Source of the DNA: Candidatus Collierbacteria bacterium UBA2277
GTDB taxonomy: Bacteria > Patescibacteriota > Microgenomatia > UBA1400 > MFAQ01
Length of the DNA: 64,000 bases
Direction: 5' to 3'
NCBI GenBank assembly: GCA_002347045.1
Contig: DDWV01000002.1
Location: 8,551 to 72,550 of the forward strand
Below, in pieces: positions 58,978 through 64,000 of this stretch (the first letter of the stretch is position 1; every line of letters begins with the position of its first letter). The position numbers were made by a program, and so were the translations under genes. The notes below the pieces were generated by a model, which was given only the letters and a program-made list of their open reading frames with translations, ran no database searches and was not told the origin of the DNA.

Positions 58978-61401
58978 TCAGCACTTACTAGCACCACAGT
59001 TGTAGCATTTTTGACAACCCTCTTCAAGTGCCAAGGTAGCTTGACCGCACTCAGGACAAAGGTCCCCTCTTTTTATCGACAAAGGCAGTTCCTGTTGAGT
59101 GGCCAGCAGCTCTGGTTCGCTTTCATCATCAGAAGCACCGTTTTGCTCACCATTATTAAGATAATCTCTCAGTACTTTTGCCACACCATCAGCCAAACTT
59201 CGTACCCGATTAGTGCCAAAACCGACACTGTCGGCCCCCCCAATCCCCGACAACTGCTTCACAACAGCTTCTGCTACAGCTTTAGCCGGAAACAAAGAAG
59301 GAACCCTTAAAGACAAAGAGATTAGTCTACCAATAGCTTCAGCGTCCGCCATTACATGAGTACCGGCTTTCCCTACATTGATGAATACCTCAAAAGGATT
59401 ACCATTCTCATCCGCATTTATAGCAACAAAAGCAGTCCCAACAGGAGTCTCCACTTTATATGTATTACCCTGAAGCTTACTTGGTCGAACCCTCATCGAA
59501 ATAATTTCTTTTTCCTCTGGCACCTCTTTCACCTCATCTTTTGTTCCCACATTCAATACTTGCCAATCTTTACACCCATCTCGATAAATAGTTATTCCCA
59601 TGCACCCCAACTCATAGGCCATTAAATATGCCCTAGCAACATCATCAACCAAAGCATCATTGGGTAAATTTATAGTCTTACTCACGGCATTATCAAGATT
59701 CTTTTGCCAAGCAGCCTGCATCTTCACATGCCAGTCTGCAGTCACATCATGAGCTGTTACAAAAACCTTCTGCCATTTTTCTGGAACTTCATCAACACCA
59801 TGTACGCTCCCGCTCTTCGCTACCTGAGAAGCTAACTTTTCACTCCAAAAACCCTCTCTTTCAGCCACCTCTTTAAAGGCTGGATCAGTAAAGTACATCT
59901 CTCTATCCAAAGACTCATCCTTCACCATATGCTTATACGCCAAAGCAAACACCGGTTCACAACCTCCACTTGTATTAGCCAAAATACCAATTGTTCCCGT
60001 CGGTGCAATTGTAGTTATCGCTGAGTTACGAATTGGACCCCTGTTCTTGTATATGCTTTTACTCCAAAGCGGGAATGATCCTCTTACCAAGGCGAGCTCC
60101 TCACTTGCTTCTCTTGCAGCCTCACTTATCGTCTTCATTATCTTTTCAGCTAAACTCAATGCCTTATCTGAGTTATAAGGAATGCCTAATAAATAAAGCA
60201 TATCCGCCCATCCCCCAACTCCTAAACCTATCCTTCTAATTGACCTTACTGTGTCCCAGATTTGCTTAAGAGGAAAAGGGTTCACCTCAACCACGTCATC
60301 CAAAAACCTCACTGCTTCCTTAGCAACGGCTTTCAGTTGATTCCAGTCAACCTCTTGCTTTCCATTCTTTTCTACAACAAAATAATTTAAAAATATACTT
60401 CCAAGATTGCATGCGTCAAAAGGATACAAAGGTTGCTCACCGCAAGGATTAGTACTTTCTACCGGCCCAAGAGAAGGGACTGGGTTTGCGGCACTATTAT
60501 TCACCTGATCAATAAAAATCATCCCAGGATCACCTGATTTCCACGCACAATCACAGATCATATTAAAAATCTTTCGTGCATCTTCCTGAGACACAACTTT
60601 TCCCGTATGTGGCTCAATCAAGTCATACTTTGTCCCCTCAGCAACAGCCTTCATAAATTTATCAGTAGCTGCGACAGAAATATTAAAATTTGTTAGTCCT
60701 CCATCTAGCTTACAAGTGATAAACTCAGCAACATCAGGGTGGTCTACCTGTAGTATCCCCATGTTTGCACCTCTTCTTGTTCCCCCTTGTTTAATCTGTT
60801 GAGTTGCTTCATTGAACACTTTCATAAAACTAATAGGTCCACTAGCAACACCCCTGCTTCTCTTAACCATCGCACCTCTCTGACGAAGCCTGTTAAACGA
60901 AAACCCTGTTCCTCCCCCAGATTGGTGAATTATCGCTTGGAACTTAATCGCATCAAAAATTCCCTCAAGAGAGTCTGGCACAGGCAACACAAAACAAGCA
61001 GAATACTGCAATCCATTATTTTTTCCAGCATTCATCAAAGTTGGTGAGTTTGGCAAAAATTTTTTACTATTCATTAATCGGTAAAAACTCTTTGCTGTTT
61101 CCAAGACATCAGCCTTATCGGACCCCCAACGTGACTCTGCACTCGCAATAGCAAAGGATACTCTCCAAACAAGCTCATCAGGTGTCTCGGTCACTACGCC
61201 CTCACTGTCTTTATCTAAATATCTTTCTTCTAAAACTTTTTTAGCCTGATCAGACCACTCACCAGACTTAAGATCCGCAGGCATTTTTGGCTGCTTTCCT
61301 ACTTTTGAAGAGATCTCTTTTATTACCTCTTCATAAGTCTCACTGATAATTTCTTCGTCTTTTTTCTTCATATTCTGATAAATTGTGGATGATACTGACA
61401 T
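58978..61401 (-). CDS. nrdJ: class II (adenosylcobalamin-dependent) ribonucleotide reductase
   Basis: RNR class II core, C-terminal Cys-rich tail CPECGQ...CQKCYNCG. 807 aa. Confidence 0.88.
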   Translation of the reverse strand: MSVSSTIYQNMKKKDEEIISETYEEVIKEISSKVGKQPKMPADLKSGEWSDQAKKVLEERYLDKDSEGVVTETPDELVWRVSFAIASAESRWGSDKADVLETAKSFYRLMNSKKFLPNSPTLMNAGKNNGLQYSACFVLPVPDSLEGIFDAIKFQAIIHQSGGGTGFSFNRLRQRGAMVKRSRGVASGPISFMKVFNEATQQIKQGGTRRGANMGILQVDHPDVAEFITCKLDGGLTNFNISVAATDKFMKAVAEGTKYDLIEPHTGKVVSQEDARKIFNMICDCAWKSGDPGMIFIDQVNNSAANPVPSLGPVESTNPCGEQPLYPFDACNLGSIFLNYFVVEKNGKQEVDWNQLKAVAKEAVRFLDDVVEVNPFPLKQIWDTVRSIRRIGLGVGGWADMLYLLGIPYNSDKALSLAEKIMKTISEAAREASEELALVRGSFPLWSKSIYKNRGPIRNSAITTIAPTGTIGILANTSGGCEPVFALAYKHMVKDESLDREMYFTDPAFKEVAEREGFWSEKLASQVAKSGSVHGVDEVPEKWQKVFVTAHDVTADWHVKMQAAWQKNLDNAVSKTINLPNDALVDDVARAYLMAYELGCMGITIYRDGCKDWQVLNVGTKDEVKEVPEEKEIISMRVRPSKLQGNTYKVETPVGTAFVAINADENGNPFEVFINVGKAGTHVMADAEAIGRLISLSLRVPSLFPAKAVAEAVVKQLSGIGGADSVGFGTNRVRSLADGVAKVLRDYLNNGEQNGASDDESEPELLATQQELPLSIKRGDLCPECGQATLALEEGCQKCYNCGASKC

Positions 61402-61405
61402 ACTG

Positions 61406-61879
61406 TTAATGATTAATAATTAGCCTCTTTGAACCTGCAACAAAATCTTGAAACTCTCGAGCATCTGCAAAATCTAGGTAAACGCTGGCAAATCTCATAT
61501 ACGCCAAATCATCTAATCTCAAGAGTCTAGATAAAACCATTTTTCCTATATCGCTGGACTTAATTTCTACTGTTTTTCTATTCAGCAACTTTGTTTCAAT
61601 CTCATCAACCAAATTTTCAATGTCAGTGTTATCTACTTTTCGCTTATAACAGGCCTTTTTTATTCCTTTAAGTAATTTCTCTCTGTTATACAGTTCTACT
61701 CTCCCGCTCTTCTTAATAACCTTCAAGTCAATATTTACCACTCTTTCATGAGTAGTAAATCGTTTTCCACATTTCTTACACTCTCGTCGTCGACGAATAC
61801 CTGCCTCACCAGGCAATCCTCGACTTTCAAGAACAGATGTGTCTTCGTTGTTACAATAAGGACAATTCATATTACACAA
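61406..61879 (-). CDS. nrdR: transcriptional repressor NrdR. Probable true start is ATG at 61870 (MNCPYCN).
   Basis: Zinc ribbon CPYC...CKKC plus ATP-cone. The track start is TTG. Confidence 0.88.
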   Translation of the reverse strand: MCNMNCPYCNNEDTSVLESRGLPGEAGIRRRRECKKCGKRFTTHERVVNIDLKVIKKSGRVELYNREKLLKGIKKACYKRKVDNTDIENLVDEIETKLLNRKTVEIKSSDIGKMVLSRLLRLDDLAYMRFASVYLDFADAREFQDFVAGSKRLIINH

Positions 61880-61889
61880 TATTTAGTGT
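61874..61889. promoter_or_regulatory. candidate NrdR box ACACAATATTTAGTGT overlapping the -10 region, 4 nt upstream of the nrdR ATG
   Basis: 16-bp imperfect palindrome matching the acaCwAtATaTwGtgt NrdR-box consensus. Only one copy found. Confidence 0.45.
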
Positions 61890-61985
61890 TGCTTATCATC
61901 ATGAAACACTACCCGTAGCAAATCAACTATCACTTACAACATCACAAAACATCACCGAACCTAATCTCCGCAGAATCTTCTTCAT

Positions 61986-62600
61986 TTATGTCAGAGCCGC
62001 TACATTCATTATCACCCGAGCTATAATTGACCCAATCACGTTTCCTGTTCGAACTCGGATCCAAGCATTAATTCCACCACTCGCAAACGACACCATCATT
62101 ACTCCAAAAATCTCTTTTCCTCCTACTCGATACACAAACAGTAACACTGGCAATCGAATAATTGACACCATCAAACCCACAATAACCAGATTAAACCAGC
62201 TTCCTTTTTTGTGTCTCTCCAGAAAACCTGCAACAAACCCGCTAAAAACCAGCTCTTCTGTTATCGCTGTTGCCAAAGCTATTCCCACTAAATCTACACT
62301 AAAATAAAAGCCGCTCAAACTTTTATATTTCAAAATCAAAAAATACAAAATTCCTACTCCAAAGCCGGTCACTAGAGATTCTTTCCATTTCTTGCCAAAC
62401 ATCACAACTCTTTTTTCCAATGATATATTCCACCAAAATAGAGGAATTAACCACAAAACAGGTTTAAACCACAACTCTTCAATTACTACAGGAAGTTGAA
62501 CAAAATAACGAAACAATCCCCAAGATATAAACAAGTACAAATAGTAGTACCAAAGACGTTTCACAACTCCATCGTACCACAGCAGGTATAATGTATTCAC
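61986..62600 (-). CDS. CPBP-family (CAAX-protease-like) intramembrane metalloprotease
   Basis: EELVFSGF...FLERH motif, multi-pass membrane protein. 204 aa. Confidence 0.6.
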   Translation of the reverse strand: MNTLYLLWYDGVVKRLWYYYLYLFISWGLFRYFVQLPVVIEELWFKPVLWLIPLFWWNISLEKRVVMFGKKWKESLVTGFGVGILYFLILKYKSLSGFYFSVDLVGIALATAITEELVFSGFVAGFLERHKKGSWFNLVIVGLMVSIIRLPVLLFVYRVGGKEIFGVMMVSFASGGINAWIRVRTGNVIGSIIARVIMNVAALT

Positions 62601-62601
62601 T

Positions 62602-64000
62602 ATGGCGCTTACTCGAAAACAATTATTTCGATCGATCGAAAAAAGCTATAAAAAATGTATAAAAACTCGGAAATCTCGAGTCATCTCAATATTATCAATC
62701 GTCGTAGTCCTTTCTCTCTTTAGTCTAGTAATTCTCTTCAAAGACGTTCCCAACCCATCAAAACTCACTAAGACTCCGGCCCCAATAAGTACCCAAATAT
62801 TAGACCGCAACGGCAAACTTTTGTATGAGGTCTACACCGAGTACAAAAGAACTCCTGTCTCCTTCGAAAACATTCCAGACTACGTAAAAAATGGAACTAT
62901 TGCCATCGAAGACAAAAACTTTTATTTTCATCACGGCGTCGACATCACAGGGATTATCCGTGCCGCCTTCAACACCCTTACAAAAGGAAAGCGTCTCGCA
63001 GGAGGCTCGACCATCACCCAACAGCTAGTAAAAAACTCCCTTCTCTCGGACACAAACCGCACCTTATCTCGCAAAATAAAGGAAGCAGCTTTGGCCTTAG
63101 TCACGGAGATTATTTACTCAAAAGACCAAATTCTCGAACTCTATCTTAACTACACTCCTTATGGAGGTACAACTTACGGAATCGAGTCAGCTGCAAAAAC
63201 CTATTTTGGCAAAAGCGCCAAAGATCTCAGTCTTGCCGAATCCGCCCTTCTAGCTGGTCTTCCACAGTCACCAACTACCTACTCCCCTTTTGGTGCACGC
63301 CCAGAGCTAGCAACCAAACGTCAACATGAAGTGCTTCGTCGCATGGTTGAAGACAAATATATCTCTCAAGAAGAAGCAGACAATGCAAAAGAAGAAAAGC
63401 TCGCTTTCGCAAAGAAAAACATAGTTCTAAACGCACCACACTTCTCACTTCTGGTACGTGATGCATTAGTCCAAAAATATGGAGAGGACAAAGTAAATCT
63501 TGGAGGACTTAGAGTAACAACCACACTCGATCTTGATTTACAACAATACTTTGAGGCTTCTCTCTCAGCCGAGATGAGGAAAATAGCAAAGCTAAAAATT
63601 AGTAACGGTGCCGCCGTTGTTACCAAACCAAACACAGGAGAAATTATTTCACTTATTGGTTCAAAAGACTACTTTAACGACGATATTGATGGACAGGTCA
63701 ACATCACCACAGCTTTTCGTCAACCAGGATCATCCATTAAGCCAATCAACTATGCCGTCGGATTACTTAAAGGTTGGCCAACAAGCACTACTTATCTTGA
63801 CGTTCCAACTTGTTTCAATGTATCAGGCCAAAAACAATACTGTCCCAAAAACTACGACAACACCTTCCGTGGCCCAGTTTCCATGCGACAGTCTCTCGCA
63901 AGTTCTCTAAATATCTCTGCCGTAAAACAACTAGCCCTCAACGGTATTGATTCTTTTATCGCCACTGCTTCGGCCATGGGAATATCTACCTGGAAAAATC
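62602..64000 (+). CDS. penicillin-binding protein 1A-like (GT51 transglycosylase domain), 3' end truncated by the window
   Basis: Hand translation gives MALTRKQLF...TM...EDKNFYFHHGVDITGIIRA...GGSTITQQLVKN. The frame stays open to the window end. It is absent from the ORF track because there is no stop within the window. Confidence 0.8.
   Translation, partial: MALTRKQLFRSIEKSYKKCIKTRKSRVISILSIVVVLSLFSLVILFKDVPNPSKLTKTPAPISTQILDRNGKLLYEVYTEYKRTPVSFENIPDYVKNGTIAIEDKNFYFHHGVDITGIIRAAFNTLTKGKRLAGGSTITQQLVKNSLLSDTNRTLSRKIKEAALALVTEIIYSKDQILELYLNYTPYGGTTYGIESAAKTYFGKSAKDLSLAESALLAGLPQSPTTYSPFGARPELATKRQHEVLRRMVEDKYISQEEADNAKEEKLAFAKKNIVLNAPHFSLLVRDALVQKYGEDKVNLGGLRVTTTLDLDLQQYFEASLSAEMRKIAKLKISNGAAVVTKPNTGEIISLIGSKDYFNDDIDGQVNITTAFRQPGSSIKPINYAVGLLKGWPTSTTYLDVPTCFNVSGQKQYCPKNYDNTFRGPVSMRQSLASSLNISAVKQLALNGIDSFIATASAMGISTWKN

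Noticed and set aside
62800-63910. ORFs 62800..63021(-), 63275..63466(-), 63366..63635(-), 63608..63910(+)
   Set aside because: They overlap the long plus-strand PBP1A reading frame, whose GT51 motifs were confirmed by hand translation. They are out-of-frame or antisense artifacts.

Overview
This is a low-GC, translation-gene-dense window that looks like a small-genome (CPR/Patescibacteria-like) bacterium; that assignment is inference. Most genes lie on the minus strand. I can support: one 16S rRNA (minus) with no 23S or 5S nearby; five tRNAs (Ile-GAT, His-GTG with G-1, Tyr-GTA, Met/CAT, Ile-TAT); and nine aminoacyl-tRNA synthetases (leuS, aspS, glyQS, hisS, tyrS, thrS, lysS, argS, trpS). Housekeeping genes include mnmA, murB, rel, trxA, trxB, pth, a DNA ligase, recF, mutM, ftsH, xerC/D, nrdR-nrdJ-cobO and a partial PBP1A. 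The strongest candidate for an undescribed system is a tight minus-strand operon at 7.2-11.7 kb. It holds three RimK-type ATP-grasp ligases (one fused to a retropepsin-like DTGA protease domain), a 7-TM membrane partner and a small acidic protein. It sits next to a circularly permuted, membrane-anchored DsbA-like oxidoreductase. Other notable points: a five-copy family of ~100-bp modular inverted-repeat elements, found in the rRNA spacer and inside the 5' leaders of mnmA and argS; a candidate T-box leader for argS; a recurring gGGTAAAAT extended -10 promoter motif; a tRNA-Ile with UAU anticodon beside an integrase and a TraD/VirD4-like ATPase; an attenuator-like alternative-hairpin leader before the tRNA-Tyr/tyrS/hisS unit; and an NrdR box over the nrdR start. 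All coordinates and starts are read by eye from the sequence and the ORF track. Several starts in the track are TTG or GTG codons shown as M, and the true starts are probably internal ATGs as noted below.
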